Below are positions 1 to 12,237 of a stretch of DNA of 64,000 bases, in pieces (the stretch's first letter is position 1; each line of letters begins with the position of its first letter). The notes beneath the pieces are model-generated. The model searched no databases, was not told the DNA's origin, and saw only the letters and a list, made by a program, of their open reading frames with translations. The stretch is from an uncultured Planctomycetota bacterium. GTDB lineage: Bacteria; Planctomycetota; Planctomycetia; Gemmatales; Gemmataceae. The DNA lies in NCBI GenBank assembly GCA_963849325.1, contig CAWKHF010000004.1, positions 256,001 through 320,000 on the forward strand. The letters are read 5' to 3'. Both the position numbers and the translations under genes were made by a program.

Positions 1-1403
1 TCAGGGCCATCGGCTTGAAGAGGAACTGCCCGGAACTGGGCATCAGGGCCAGCGGCGCCAGCACCAGCAGCGTGCAGGCGCTGGCCGTCAGCTCCGGCAT
101 GGCCACCTCGCTGGCGCCCAACTTGGCCGCCTCGCGAACCGAGTCGCCCTGGGACAGGTGCCGTTCGGTGTTTTCCAGGCAGATGATGGCGATGTCCACC
201 ATCGGGCCGATGGCCAGGGCCAGGCCGCCCAGCGTCATGACGTTGATGGTTTGATTCAGTGCATACAGCAAGGCGATGGCCGCCAGCACCGTGATGGGGA
301 TGGTCAGCACCGCCATGAAGGTCATGCGCCACTGGCCCAGGAAGAGCAGGATCATCAGCGAGCACAGCACGCGCCCCAGGACGCCCTCGATGGCCAGGCT
401 CTTGATGGATTGGCGCACGTAGACGGACTGGTCCATGACCATCTTGAGCTGGATGTCCGGCCGCCGATGCGCTGCTTGCCAATCCGGCAGCGACTCTTGC
501 AGGTGATCGACGACCTTGAGGGTGCTGGCCCCGTGCTGGCGGTAGACCGGGATGTAAACCTCGCGCTTGCCGTTGATGCGGACCACGTTGGTCTGGATGA
601 AATGGCTGTCCTGGGGGTCGGCCACGTCGCCCAGGAAGTCCACCTTGCCCGGCTGGACGCGCAGCGGGATGTCCTTCATGCGCTCCACCGCCTGGAACAT
701 GGCGTTGGAGTCGATGGCGTAGTCGCTGTCGCCGAACTTGGCGTCGCCGGTGGGCAGGAAGACGTTGTAGCGATCGAGGGCGTCCATGACGTCGATCGGC
801 GACAGTCCGCGGGCTTGCAGCTTGACGGGATCGAGGTAGGCCAGCACGCAGCGGACCTTGCCGCCGAAGACGACCATGGCGTTGGCCCCCGGCGAACTCA
901 TAATCATGTTGCGCACCTCGTAGCGAGCCACGTCGTACAGTTGCGATTCGCCTTGCGGTATCGCTATCCACGGCGACGATGCAGGCCGGCACCGTGTCGG
1001 TCGGGTCGTAGGGCAGGACGATGGGCGGCAGGGTGCCGGGCGGCAGGTTGGGGATCTCGGCCAGGGCCAGCGAATTGACCTGCGTCAAGGCGCCGTTGGG
1101 GTCGGTGTCGCCGCGGAAATAGTTGCGGACGATGCTGACGCCGAGGATGGAGCGCGACTCCTGGCGCCTCATGCCGGCGGCGGTGCCCGTCCAGCGTTCC
1201 ATGCGGTTGGTGATGGCGTGGGCCATGTTTTCGGCCGGCATGCCGGAGTAGAACGTCAACACCTGCACGCCCGGCTGGTTGTAGACAGGCAAGATGTCGA
1301 TGGGGACCAGCGTCAAGCAAAGCAGGCCGATCAGGACGAGGGCGAGCATGGCCACGGTGACGGCCCTGCGGTTATTCAACGCCAACTCGATCAACCACGT
1401 CAT
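1..1403 (-). CDS. RND efflux transporter permease subunit (AcrB/CusA family), 5' part; runs off the window edge
   Basis: Manual translation from the ATG at 1403: MTWLIELALNNRRAVTVAMLALVLIGLLCLTLVPIDILPVYNQPGVQVLTFYSGMPAE... Lies directly downstream of an MFP gene. Internal frameshifts. Confidence 0.85.
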   Translation of the reverse strand, partial: MTWLIELALNNRRAVTVAMLALVLIGLLCLTLVPIDILPVYNQPGVQVLTFYSGMPAENMAHAITNRMERWTGTAAGMRRQESRSILGVSIVRNYFRGDTDPNGALTQVNSLALAEIPNLPPGTLPPIVLPYDPTDTVPACIVAVDSDTARRIATVRRGSLRGAQHDYEFAGGQRHGRLRRQGPLRAGLPRSRQAASPRTVADRRHGRPRSLQRLPAHRRRQVRRQRLRHRLQRHVPGGGAHEGHPAARPAGQGGLPGRRGRPPGQPFHPDQRGPHQRQARGLHPGLPPARGQHPQGRRSPARVAAGLASSASAAGHPAQDGHGPVRLRAPIHQEPGHRGRPGARAVLADDPALPGPVAHDLHGGADHPHHGAGGHRLAVCTESNHQRHDAGRPGPGHRPDGGHRHHLPGKHRTAPVPGRLGSRGGQVGRQRGGHAGADGQRLHAAGAGAAGPDAQFRAVPLQADGP

Positions 1404-1497
1404 GAGAGTGCTTCTCCTCCGCGGCGAGCGGGTTCGCGTTAGCGCTCCGAGGGCTGTCTCTCGGAGCACTCGCGCAACTCCGCTCCTCGTCGTGCTG

Positions 1498-3010
1498 CTA
1501 TTTGCTCTTGTTCTTCTTCTGGCCGGACTTGTCGTTGTCCGAGGCCGGGCCATTCTCCTTGTTGTCCGACGTTTTCGCTTTCTCTTCCTTGTCGGCGTCG
1601 GTGGAGGGTTCGTGCAGCACCTCGACGCGCATGCCGTCGCCCAGCCCCGAAGGTCGTTCCGACACGACCTGGTCCGATTTCTCCAGCCCCTTGCGAATGG
1701 TGGCCTCGATGCCGTCGTCGATGCCGGTCTCGACCTTGACTTCGTGGGCCCGTCCGTCGCGCACCACGTAGACGGAGCGGTCTTCGCCCTTGCCGCTGCC
1801 GAACAGGCACTTGGAGGGAATGCGCAGCCCTTTCTCGCGCCCCAGGTGGATGGTGAGGTCGCCGTACATGCCGTCCTCGAGCAGACCGTCGGGGTTGTCC
1901 AGGTCCACCTCGGTTCGCATGGTGCGCGTGTCATAGGCTTCCGAGTACGCCATGCGGGCGACGGTCCCTTTGAAGTGCTGGCTCTCATCGGGCAAGGTGG
2001 CGACGGTGAGAGTGACGGGATTTCCCACTTGGAGGTACGGCACGGCACGATCGGGCACCTGGACGATGATGCGCATCTTGTCGATGCGAGCGACGGCCAG
2101 CAGCGGCCTTGCTGCCCGGACGGGCGAAATCCTGGATGGGATCGCCGTCGTGGTAGTTTCGCTTGGTGACCACGCCGTCATAGGGCGAGACGATCTGCGT
2201 GTACTTGGCCCAGACTTCGGCCTGGTCCAGTTGGGCCTTGGCCACGCTCACGGCCGCTTCGGCATCGAGCACATCCGCGTTGGCCTGCGCGATGCCGGCC
2301 TTGGCCGATACGACCTCGGATTGGGCCGTGTTGACCGCCTTCTCGGCGGCGGTCTCCGCGGCCTGGGACGCCAGCAGCGCCTCCAGCTTTTCATCGAGCA
2401 GTTCTTGTTGGATGGACTTGGCCGCGACCAGTCCTTTGAAGCGTTCGTATTGCTTGTTGCGCAGCGACACCACGGCCTTGGCCTTTTTGACGTCGGACTT
2501 CGATTGCTCGTAGCGCGACTGGGCCGCTTCCTCGTCCGCTTGCGCCTTATTGACGCGGGCCTGCGCCGCCGTGACGTTGGCTCGCGCTTTCTTCAGATCG
2601 GCGCCGGCTTTTTCCACGGCCTTGAACAACTCGGGGGCGTACACTTCCGCCAGCACCTCTCCCTTTTTGGCCTTGTAGCCGATGTCCACCGGCGGCTGTC
2701 CTTCGCGATGGTCCTGGTTCTTGAGAAAACCCGTCACCTTCGAGGCCAGGTCGGCGAACTCAAACGACTGCACCGTCGCCGGCCGCCGCACCAGCCGCTC
2801 GACGCCGCCCTCCTTGGGATAAATGACCTTGACGCGCACCGGGGCCGCCTCGTGTTGCTTGCCGCCGCCGGAGCCATCTCCCTGTGCGGCCTCCTGCTTG
2901 CTCCGCCCGTGGAAATCGACGAAGTTTACCAGACCCGCCGCGAGGAGGATGGCGATTACCGCGCCCAAGCTGAACCAGGTGGTCTTCGGGTGTCGTTTGA
3001 ACCAACTCAT
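1498..3010 (-). CDS. RND periplasmic adaptor (membrane fusion protein), frameshifted near 2120
   Basis: ORFs 1985..3034 and 1498..2181: N-terminal TM, lipoyl-like half (DIGYKAKKGEVLAEV), coiled coil, TQIVSPYDGVVT, TRTMRTEVDLDNPDG. Confidence 0.85.
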
Positions 3011-3410
3011 GACTATATCCTCGTCTCCATCCAAGGCCGACCTCGGTGCCGGTCGCCATGGGCTTCAACGTGCTCCTGCGAATAGGGCGGTCGGGAGGAG
3101 AAAGGGGATGCGTGGTTGGTGCAGAAAGCTGCCTATTTCCAGGCGTTGGACTGCACACGGCCGGCATCGGAAAGATGGGTATCCACACCCCTTTGCCGCG
3201 ACGACCGCGATCCGCGGACACGTCTTCGGCAAGAACATGTGCAAATTGGATACCTATTATTGAGTTGTCTCGATGCGCCATCGCCAGACGGTGTGGAGAG
3301 GGGAGGCGCTGTCTCCTTTTCGTCGTTGCATCCACGTCCGGTTCGATTATCTTACGAGCCGGCCTCTGGTTGGCGTGAAGAACCGAGACTCAGGGGGAGA
3401 AGCATCCGTC

Positions 3411-5395
3411 ATGGTCCTCGCGGCCCGCACCGAACACAGTCCTGAGCTTCTGTCGCGTCTGTATCGCCAGATGCAGATCATTCGCCAGTGTGAGGAACAG
3501 TTGGCCCGGTCGCACCAGCGCGGCCTGGTCCACGGCGCCTGCCACACTTACGTCGGCCAGGAGGCCATCGCCGTCGGCGTCTGCGCTCACCTGCGTCCGG
3601 ATGACGCGGTCTTCAGCACCCACCGCGGCCACGGCCACGCCCTGGCCAAGGGACTGCCGCCGCGTCAGCTGATGGCCGAACTGTACGGCCGAGAGACGGG
3701 CTGCTCGCGCGGCCGGGGCGGCAGCATGCACCTGTTCGCTCCCGAAATCGGCCTGATGGGCACCAGCGGCATCGTCGGTCCTTGCATCCTCCAGGCCGCC
3801 GGCGCCGGCTACAGTTTCATGCTCCTCAAGACCGACCGCGTGGCCGTGGCCTTCTTCGGCGACGGCGCGGTCAACAACGGTGCCTTTCACGAGGGGCTGA
3901 ACCTGGCCGGCATCTGGAAGCTGCCGGTGCTGTTCGTCTGCGAGAACAACCAGTTCGCCACCGAGGTGCCGTTCGCCTATTCGGCCGGCAATCCCAGCGT
4001 CGCCTCGCGCGCCGCCTCCTACGGCCTGCCCGGTCACGAGGTAGACGGCAACGACGTCGAGGCGATTTACGAGGTCGCCGGCGAGGCGGTACGCCGCGCT
4101 CGTTCGGGCGGCGGCGCGACGCTGATCGAGTGCAAGACGTATCGCACCCGGCCGCACGCCGAGGGCATGGGCGACTTCACCTATCGCACGCGCGAGGAGG
4201 TCGAGGAGTGGAAGACGCGCTGTCCCCTCCGCCGTCTCCGCGAGGGAGGACCGGCCCTCGGCGGCCCTCGATACCATCGATGCCGAGGTAGCCCGGCTGA
4301 TCGCCGAGGCGCACGAGTTCGCCGAGAAAAGTGCCTGGCCCGACCCGCAAACCGCCGCCGCCCATGTTTACGACGAGTCGTCGATCCGCAAACCTTCCGA
4401 ACCTCCTCCATCCGCTGGCCGCGAAATCACCTGGATGAAGGCCACGCACGAAGCGCTCGCCAAGGAGATGGCCCGCAACCCGGCGATCTTCGTGCTCGGC
4501 GAGGGCATCGGCCAGCGCGGCGGCAACTTCCAGACAACCGAGGGACTGTACGCCCTGTACGGGCCGGAGCGGCTACGCGACACGCCCATCTGCGAGCGTG
4601 GCTTCGTCGGTCTGGCCTGCGGTGCCGCCATGACCGGCACGCGGCCGGTGGTCGATTTCATGTTCGCCGACTTCCTCCTCGATGCGGTCGGCGAAGTCCT
4701 CAACCAGATCGCCAAGATGCAGCTACATGTCGAGCGGTCGCATCGCCATGCCGATCCTGCTGCGCGGCTGCATCGGCATCGGCCACTCGGCGGCGACGCA
4801 TCATTCGGGTAATTACTATCCTTTATACGCCCATTTTCCCGGCCTTCGCGTCGTCGTGCCCTCGACGCCCGCCGACGCCAAGGGACTATTGACACGGGCA
4901 TTGCGCTGCGATGACCCGGTGCTGTTCCTGGAGCACCGCGAACTGCTGGCGACAAAAGGGCCGGTGCCGGAAGGCGATTACGAGATCGACTTCGGCCAGG
5001 CAGCCGTCGTCCGCGAGGGGCGGGATGCGACGGTGGTGGCACTGGCGCTAATGGTGCGGCGGACGCTGGAGGCATGTGAGCGGTTGGCGGCGCGGGGCGT
5101 CTCGGTGGAGGTCATCGACCCGCGAACGGTGTCGCCGCTGGACGCCGAGACGATCCTGCGTTCGGTGCGGAAGACCGGCCGGCTGCTGATCGTGGACGAG
5201 GCGTTCGCGCCGTTCGGCCTGGGGGCGGAGGTGGCGGCCCGCGTCATCGACGCCGGCTTCGACGACCTGGACGCGCCGATCCGCCGCCTGCACGGCGCGT
5301 TCACGCCCACGCCGTACAGTCCGACGCTGGAAAAAGCCGTGGTGCCGCAGGTCGAGGACATCGAGCAAGCTCTCGTCGATCTGCTGGCGGAGTGA
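3411..5395 (+). CDS. Fused 2-oxoacid/acetoin dehydrogenase E1 alpha+beta subunit, frameshifted near 4250 and 4720
   Basis: TPP motif GDGAVNNGAFHEGLN...ENNQF, GRGGSMH; beta part DTPICERGFVG and EVIDPRTVSPLD; spread over three ORFs. Confidence 0.85.
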
Positions 5396-5413
5396 ATCAT
5401 CGGGAGATTTCTC

Positions 5414-6503
5414 GTGGCAACAACGGTCATTGTGCCCCGATTGGGCTGGTCGATGGAGGAAGGCACGTTCGCCGGTTGGCTGAAGCACGACGGTGACCGC
5501 ATCCATCCGGGCGACGCCCTCTTCGTGCTGGAGAGCGACAAATCCGCCGAGGAGGTCGAATCGCTGGACGCCGGCATCCTGCGTATCGGATCGGACGCGC
5601 CGCAGCCGGGCGACAAGGTGAAGGTCGGTCAGGTGCTGGCCCATCTGATCGCGGAGGGCAAGACCCTCGCGCCGGAGAAGCGACGCGAACGAGCCATCTC
5701 GCCGCGCGCTCGCCGTGTCGCCCGAGAACTGGGCATCGACAGTGGCACGCTGACGGGGAGCGGTCGCCACGGCCGTATCCGCGAGCGCGACGTTCCGCGC
5801 GGCGGCGATCCCTGCCCGATCCGGCGGCAAGCTGGTCCCGCACACGGCTATCCGCCGCACCATTGCCGCTCGCATGGTTGCCGGCGTCACGCAGGCGGCG
5901 CCCGTCACGCTGACCACCAAGCTGGACGCGACGAACCTGGTCGAGCTGCGCAAGCAGTTCAAGGCAGCCGGCGACTTCGTGCCGAGCTATACGGACCTCC
6001 TCGTGAAGCTGACCGCCATCGCTCTGCGTCAGCATCCGATGATGCAAGCGCAGTGGCGCGACGACGGCTTATTCGTGCCGGAGTGCATCGACATTGCGCT
6101 GGCCGTCGATACCGAGGCGGGCCTGCTCGTCCCGGTGCTGCGCGGCGCGGATCGGCTGACGCTGCGCGAAGTGACGGCCCAATCCCGCGAGCTGCTCGAA
6201 CAAGCCCGCGCCGGACGGCTGGCAGCGGAGCAGATGCGCGATGCCACCTTCACCATCACGAACCTCGGCGGCTTTGGCATCGATGCGTTCACGCCGATTC
6301 TGCATTTGCCGCAGTGCGCCGTGCTCGGCGTTGGCCGCATTGTCCGTGAGCCGGCCGTACACGGTGATCGTGTCGTGCCGCGCGATATGCTGACGCTTAG
6401 TCTGACGTTCGATCACCGCGTCGTCGATGGGGCGCCGGCGGCGCGGTTCCTCCAGACGTTGCGGGGCTGTCTCGAAAACCTCGGGCCCTGGCTCATCTCC
6501 TGA
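5414..6503 (+). CDS. Dihydrolipoamide acyltransferase (E2), frameshifted near 5800
   Basis: Lipoyl motif LESDKS, E3-binding ISPRARRVARELGID..GSGRHGRI, catalytic FDHRVVDG. Confidence 0.9.
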
Positions 6504-6552
6504 AGCACAAAGGCTCCCCGGCTCGCCGGTGACTCCCGCAGGAGGATGGCAG

Positions 6553-7875
6553 ATGGACGAAGCCTGGAAAAAGGCGGTCCTGCGCAAGGTGGGCCGGCGG
6601 CTGATTCCCTTCCTGTTTCTGCTTTACGTCGTCAACATCCTCGACCGCATCAACGTCAGCTTCGCCCGCTTGCAGATGCTGGAAGACCTGGGCATGAGCG
6701 AGGAGGTCTACGCCTTCGGCTACGGCTTGTTCTACATCGGCTATCTGCTCTTTGAGGTGCCGAGCAACCTTATCTTGAGCCGCACCGGCGCTCGTCGCTG
6801 GATCGCCCGCATCATGTTCAGCTGGGGCCTGATTACCAGCTCGATGATGCTGGTCGAGGGTCCGTGGAGCTTCTACCTGCTCCGCGTCTTGCTGGGCTTT
6901 GCCGAGGCCGGCTTCTTCCCTGGCATTATCCTGTACTTGACTTACTGGTTCCCGGCACGGCAGCGCGCCCGCGTGGTCGCCCTCTTCATGGCGGGGTCGC
7001 CGCTCACCGGCGTCATCGGCAACCCGATCTCCGGGGCGATCCTGCAAGAGATGGATTCGCTCGGCGGCCTGCGCGGCTGGCAGTGGGTCTTTCTGCTCGA
7101 AGGCATTCCGGCGGTGCTCTTGGGCGTCGTCGTCCTCTTCTACCTGACTGATCGTCCCCACGAGGCCCGCTGGCTGGAATCGGCGGAGCGCGACTGGCTC
7201 GCTGAGCAAGTCGGCGAGGCCGGCGAACATCACTTCCAGCGGCCCGGTTGGGCCATGCGGAACGTCCTGGCGGATGGCCGGGTTTGGCTGCTGATCGGAC
7301 TGTATTTCATGGTCGCGGCCGGCAGCAACGCCTTCGGCTCCTATCTGCCCAAGCTCACGGCCGATCGCTTCCCCCAGCTCGACAAGGTCCACCTCGGCCT
7401 GTTGTGCGCTCTCCCCAATCTCTGCGCCGTCGCCTGCATGATTGTCAACGGCGCTCACTCGGATCGCAGCGGCGAACGGCGCTGGCACGTCGCCGCGCCG
7501 GCGTTTCTGTCCGCCGCCGGCTGGGGTCTGACCGCCCTGACCTTCACTCCCTGGCTCGATTCGCCGGTCGTCACGCTCGTCGCCCTGGCCCTGGTGCAGT
7601 CGGGCATCATGAGCATGTTGCCGACGTTCTGGTCGCTGCCGACGGCGTTTCTGCGCGGCATCGCCGCCGCCGCCGGCATCGCCCTGATTAACTCCGTGGG
7701 CAACCTGGGAGGTTTCGTCGGACCCAACCTCATCGGCCAACTCAAGGGCCAGACCGGCAGCTTCATACCTGGCCTACTGGCCCTGGCCGGCGTCATGGTC
7801 CTGGGCGGCATCCTGGCCCTGTGCGTCCGCCACGACCGGGCGGCGGAAGACAAGAAAGGCGAACGGCCGGTCTAA
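6553..7875 (+). CDS. MFS transporter, anion:cation symporter (TtuB/HpaX-like)
   Basis: RRLIPFLFLLYVVNILDRINVSFA, FEVPSN, AEAGFFPG, LINSVGNLGGFVGP. Confidence 0.9.
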   Translation: MDEAWKKAVLRKVGRRLIPFLFLLYVVNILDRINVSFARLQMLEDLGMSEEVYAFGYGLFYIGYLLFEVPSNLILSRTGARRWIARIMFSWGLITSSMMLVEGPWSFYLLRVLLGFAEAGFFPGIILYLTYWFPARQRARVVALFMAGSPLTGVIGNPISGAILQEMDSLGGLRGWQWVFLLEGIPAVLLGVVVLFYLTDRPHEARWLESAERDWLAEQVGEAGEHHFQRPGWAMRNVLADGRVWLLIGLYFMVAAGSNAFGSYLPKLTADRFPQLDKVHLGLLCALPNLCAVACMIVNGAHSDRSGERRWHVAAPAFLSAAGWGLTALTFTPWLDSPVVTLVALALVQSGIMSMLPTFWSLPTAFLRGIAAAAGIALINSVGNLGGFVGPNLIGQLKGQTGSFIPGLLALAGVMVLGGILALCVRHDRAAEDKKGERPV

Positions 7876-10800
7876 TCGTCAATCCGGCTGCCGCGTTTCT
7901 CCCTCTCTTCTTCCTCGCCCTCGTCCTCGGCGATGATGCTCGGCGTCTTCAGGAGGGGGTCATTCTCTACGCGCAACCCCTGCACGTGCTCCTTGCCGTC
8001 CACGGTGAGGACGACACGATACATGCCGGGCGCGGCCGGGTTGCGAGCGCGGCCGCGATTGCGGCCCGTGCCACGCACCAGATCCCAACTCACGCGATGC
8101 AGCCCCGCCTCCTTCTTCGCCTCCAGCTCGCGCACGGTCTGCCCGGCGTAATCGACGATCTTGAGCTGCACCTTGTCGGCCTTCTTGGCCAGGGAGTAGT
8201 AAATCTGTGCTCCCGGCGGCGGGTTGGCGCCGACGAAGCGATGGTTGCCGGCGCCGTAGGGCGTGCCGCGCGTCGGTTCGCGGCGCCAGCGCGTCGCCGT
8301 CGTCGGCCGGTACAGCGTCGCGTCCGCCTTGAGCACATCCTTCTTCATCTGCCGCAACGGCGTCGCGTCCAGTACCCACAGGCTGCGGCCGTGCGTCGCC
8401 GCGACGATCTCACCCGTCGCCGCATCCTGGGCCAGCTCGTGTACCGCAACGGTCGGCAGATTGTTGTTGATCCGCGTCCACGCGCCGCCGCGGTCGATCG
8501 ATACCCAGACGCCGAACTCGGTGCCCAGGTAGAGCACGTCGGCGTTCTCGCTGTCCTCGCGCAGCACGCGCGTCGGTCCCGCCGGCAGATTGGCCCGCAG
8601 CGACTTCCAGGTCTGTCCGAAGTCCTCCGTGACGTACACGTAGGCGGAGTCGTCGTCGGAGCGGTGGGCGTCGAAGGCGACATAGGCGCGGCCCTCGACG
8701 AAGCGCGACGGCTCGATACTCGCCACCCAGCGCGGCCCTGGCAGGCCAACCTTGTCGGCGACGTTCGTCCACTTCGCCCCGCCGTCGCGCGTCACCCACA
8801 GAGAGCCGTCGTCGGTGCCGGCGTACAGCACGTTGGCGTTGCGCGGCGACTCGGCCAACGCCGTGGCCGTGCCGCGCTTGGTACGACTGATTTCCGGAGA
8901 AATCACCTGCAAATCGTCGCCCTTCTTGACCGAGCGGAACACGTAATTGCCACCGCAGTAGAAGATCTGCGAATTGTGGCTCGACAGGATGAAGGGCGAG
9001 TTCCAGTTGAAGCGATACGGAGGCTGTCCCTGGGGATCGCGCGGCCGGATGGGCGCGAACTCGCCGGTGCGGATGTTGCGCCGGCCCATGTGTCCGTCCT
9101 GCGACTCGAAGTAAACGACGTCGGGGTCTTGCGCATCGACCCGGCACACGAAACCGTCGCCGCCGCTGACGAGGACCCAGTCCTCGTTGATCGGACCCTG
9201 TCCATCGAGCGTATGGCTCGGCCCGCCCCAGCTGCCATTGTCCTGCAAGCCGCCATAGGCGCGATACGGCCGCCGCGAATCAAGGGCGACGTGATAAAAC
9301 TGGCCGATGGCCATGTTGTTGAGGTACTCCCAGCGGCTCATGCGATCGTAGGTGACGTAGTAGCCACCGTCCGTTCCCAGCAACATGTGCCGGCTGTCGC
9401 GCGGGTCGATCCACAGAGCATGTTGGTCCGGGTGATACGCCTCTTCATCGATCTTGAATGTCTTGCCGCCGTCGCGGGAACGATACAGGCCGATGCCGAG
9501 GACGTAGACGAAATGGTCGTCGTTGGGATCGACGCGGACCTGGCTGAAGTACATCGGTCGGGGATTGACGCTGTTGATGCGCGTCCACGATTCGCCGCCG
9601 TCCGTGGACTTGTACAATCCGCCGTACTCAAAGCTGTTCGGCCCCTGCTGGTCCTGCACGTTCTCGCGCTGTCCGCCGTACCAGAAGCTGTACGGCCGCT
9701 TGGGATTGCCTGGCCCGGCCGGCCCGCGTCGCACCACCGTCAGGGTCAACTCCTTGCTCTCCTTGCCGCGCAGGACGCGGAGCGTGACCTTGTCGCCGGG
9801 GTTGTGGGCGCGAAACAGCTCGACCAGCTGGCGGAAGTCTTTCACGTCCGTTTTGTCCACCTTCTGAATCACGTCGCCGACCCGGAGTCCGGCCTTCTCC
9901 GATTCGCCCTGCGGTGTCAGGCGCACGACCGCGCACTCCCCCAGGCACATCTTCGCCGCGGAAATCGATGGGGGAGGACTGCCGGCCGCCCGGACCCGCC
10001 GGCTCGGGACGTTTGCCCAGCGTCACCACCACGTCGCGCGTCTCCTTGTCGCGCTGGATCGTAAGCGTCAGCTTGTCGCCGACCTTGTGTGCGCGTATCT
10101 GCGCGGCCAGTTCCTCGTAAGTGGCGATGGCCTTCTTGTCCACGGCCTTGACAACGTCGCCGACTTTCAGTCCCGCCGCCGCGGCGGGACTGTCCGGCGT
10201 GATCTGCGTCAGCTTGCGCGCCGCCGCCGGCCGCATTCTCGCCCATGATACCCATGTAAACCTGCACCGGCGGCGTACCCATGCCGATCTTCGCGCAATC
10301 GACAAGGGCATAGACGACATTGGGGATTCTTGCGCGAATAATCGAGACCGATGCGTCCCAGCGGGCAGGTCGGCAGCCCCTTCGTCAGCTTGCGGAAGGT
10401 CTTGCCGCCGTCGGTGGTCTTGTAGATGGCGCTGCCCGGACCCCATTTCTTGATGGGGTCGTAGGCGTCGTAGCCGTCCGTCAGCGCCGGTTCGCCGCGA
10501 TGGCTGTCGAACTCGTCGCGCTGTCGCTCCCACGTCGCCACGAGAAGGGTCTCCGGCTCCGTCGGGTGTATGCGCATGTCGATGACGCCGGATTTGTCAT
10601 CGACGTACAGCACTTTGTTCCAGGTCTTGCCGCCGTCGCTGGTCTTGAACAGGCCGCGCTCCTCATTCGGTCCGTACAGCCGGCCCAACGCTCCGACATA
10701 AACGACATCGGGATTCTTGGGATGCACGAGGATGCGGCCGATCTGGAAGGACTTCTTCAGTCCCATGTTTTTCCAGGTCTTGCCGCCATCAGTGGATTTA

Positions 10801-11315
10801 TAAACGCCATCTCCATAGGAGACGGAATTGCGGGGATTGTTCTCGCCGGTGCCCACCCAAACAATGTCCTTGTTCGACGGCGCCACGCAGACGTCGCCAA
10901 TGGATACCGTCGCCTCGCGGTCGAACTGGTGCTCGAAGGTGACGCCGTTGTTCGCCGTCTTGAGTAAGCCGCCCGAGGCCGTCGCCACCCAGTACGTCGT
11001 CGGGTCCGCCTCGTAGACCGACAGGGCGACGATGCGTCCGCCCATCGCCGCCGGACCGATGCAGCGCCACGTCAGCGTTTTGACCCATTCCGCCGGCAGT
11101 TCGGCGCCGGCCTTCGGCGCGGCCGACGGCTGCGTGCGCCGCAGTTCGACGAGCTTCCGGGTCAACTCCTGGATCTGCCGTTCGAGGTCGGCGATCTGCT
11201 GCTCGCGCGACATCTCCTCGGCCGCCTCGGGAGCGTGGAGGCCGAGCAGCAGCGCGAGAGCCAATGCCAGGGTGGACCGGAGGAACCACGGGAGGAAGTG
11301 TGTGCGCGCGATCAC
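7872..11315 (-). CDS. Secreted BNR/Asp-box (VPS10/sortilin-like) beta-propeller protein with two inserted PDZ domains; frameshifted
   Basis: Signal peptide, WRCIGPAAMGGRI, repeated (S/T)xDGGxTW boxes, PDZ motifs SPAAAAGLKVGDVV and KAGLRVGDVIQKVD. Confidence 0.8.
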
Positions 11316-11519
11316 GGATGTACCCTCTTACTCACCAATGGCCGCCACGACCCGCCAGTTCGGCGTTCCGCGGATGCGTCTTCACCGTGCCTCGGAGCAG
11401 GTGCCATGATTGAGAATAACCGTCATCGCCGGCAAATTCACTTCTTTTTCACTGTACTCCGTATCGAAGCTGCCTCACGCGGCATGGAGCGGTTAGAATG
11501 TCGGTGAAGGAGGCCGATC

Positions 11520-11869
11520 ATGTTTGAAATCACTGAAAATCAGCGACAAGCTCTCGATGCTTCGCCGGATACACCGGCGCGGGTGACAGACCCCGCTACG
11601 CAGTGCGTGCAAGTGCTACTGAAGTCGGACGATTTCGACTGGATTCGCCATCTTCTCGGCGACGAACCGGACGCCCCGCGCCGGAACGATCCGCGCACGA
11701 ATACGACCTACGCCCTGTTACCGGAAGAACGGTATGAGCGTTTCAAGGCCTTCTTCGAGGAAGACCCTCTCAGCCCGGCCGAGCGGCGGGCCTTGCTGCG
11801 AGAGGCGGGCAAGGCGCAGGTTGGGACGAGCCGGAACGGGACGACGCCGACTCGGCGGAGGCGTCATGA
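11520..11869 (+). CDS. Putative antitoxin with an internally duplicated module; probable frameshift near 11812, true end ...GWDEPERDDADSAEAS*
   Basis: Small acidic ORF. Its shifted-frame TGA (11867-11869) overlaps the toxin ATG (ATGA). Confidence 0.55.
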
Positions 11870-12213
11870 GTGTCCGCCGCGGTGACGTCGTGCGGGTGGA
11901 TTGGCCTTACAGTGATCGAACCGGCAGCAAGGTGCGGCCGGCCCTCCTCGTCCAGGCCGACCCGCTCAACGGACGGCTCGCAGATACTGTCCTGGTACTC
12001 ATCTCGCGCACCCAACGGGCCGTTGGGATGACGGAAGTGCTGATCGATCCAGTCCTCGAAACCGGCTGTGGTCTACGCTATCCCTCCGTGGTTTCGTGCA
12101 ACAATCTGCTGACCATCGATCAATCCCTGATCGTGCAAACGATTGGGCGGCTCTTGGCAACAACCATGCAGGCAATCGACGATCGGCTGAAAACCGCGCT
12201 CGGATTGCCGTGA
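11866..12213 (+). CDS. PemK/MazF family type II toxin (endoribonuclease)
   Basis: MSVRRGDVVRVDWPYSDRTGSKVRPALLVQ...IGRL...IDDRLKTALGL. Confidence 0.9.
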   Translation: MSVRRGDVVRVDWPYSDRTGSKVRPALLVQADPLNGRLADTVLVLISRTQRAVGMTEVLIDPVLETGCGLRYPSVVSCNNLLTIDQSLIVQTIGRLLATTMQAIDDRLKTALGLP

Positions 12214-12237
12214 AAGGGTAGAACCGCAAGAACGCGA

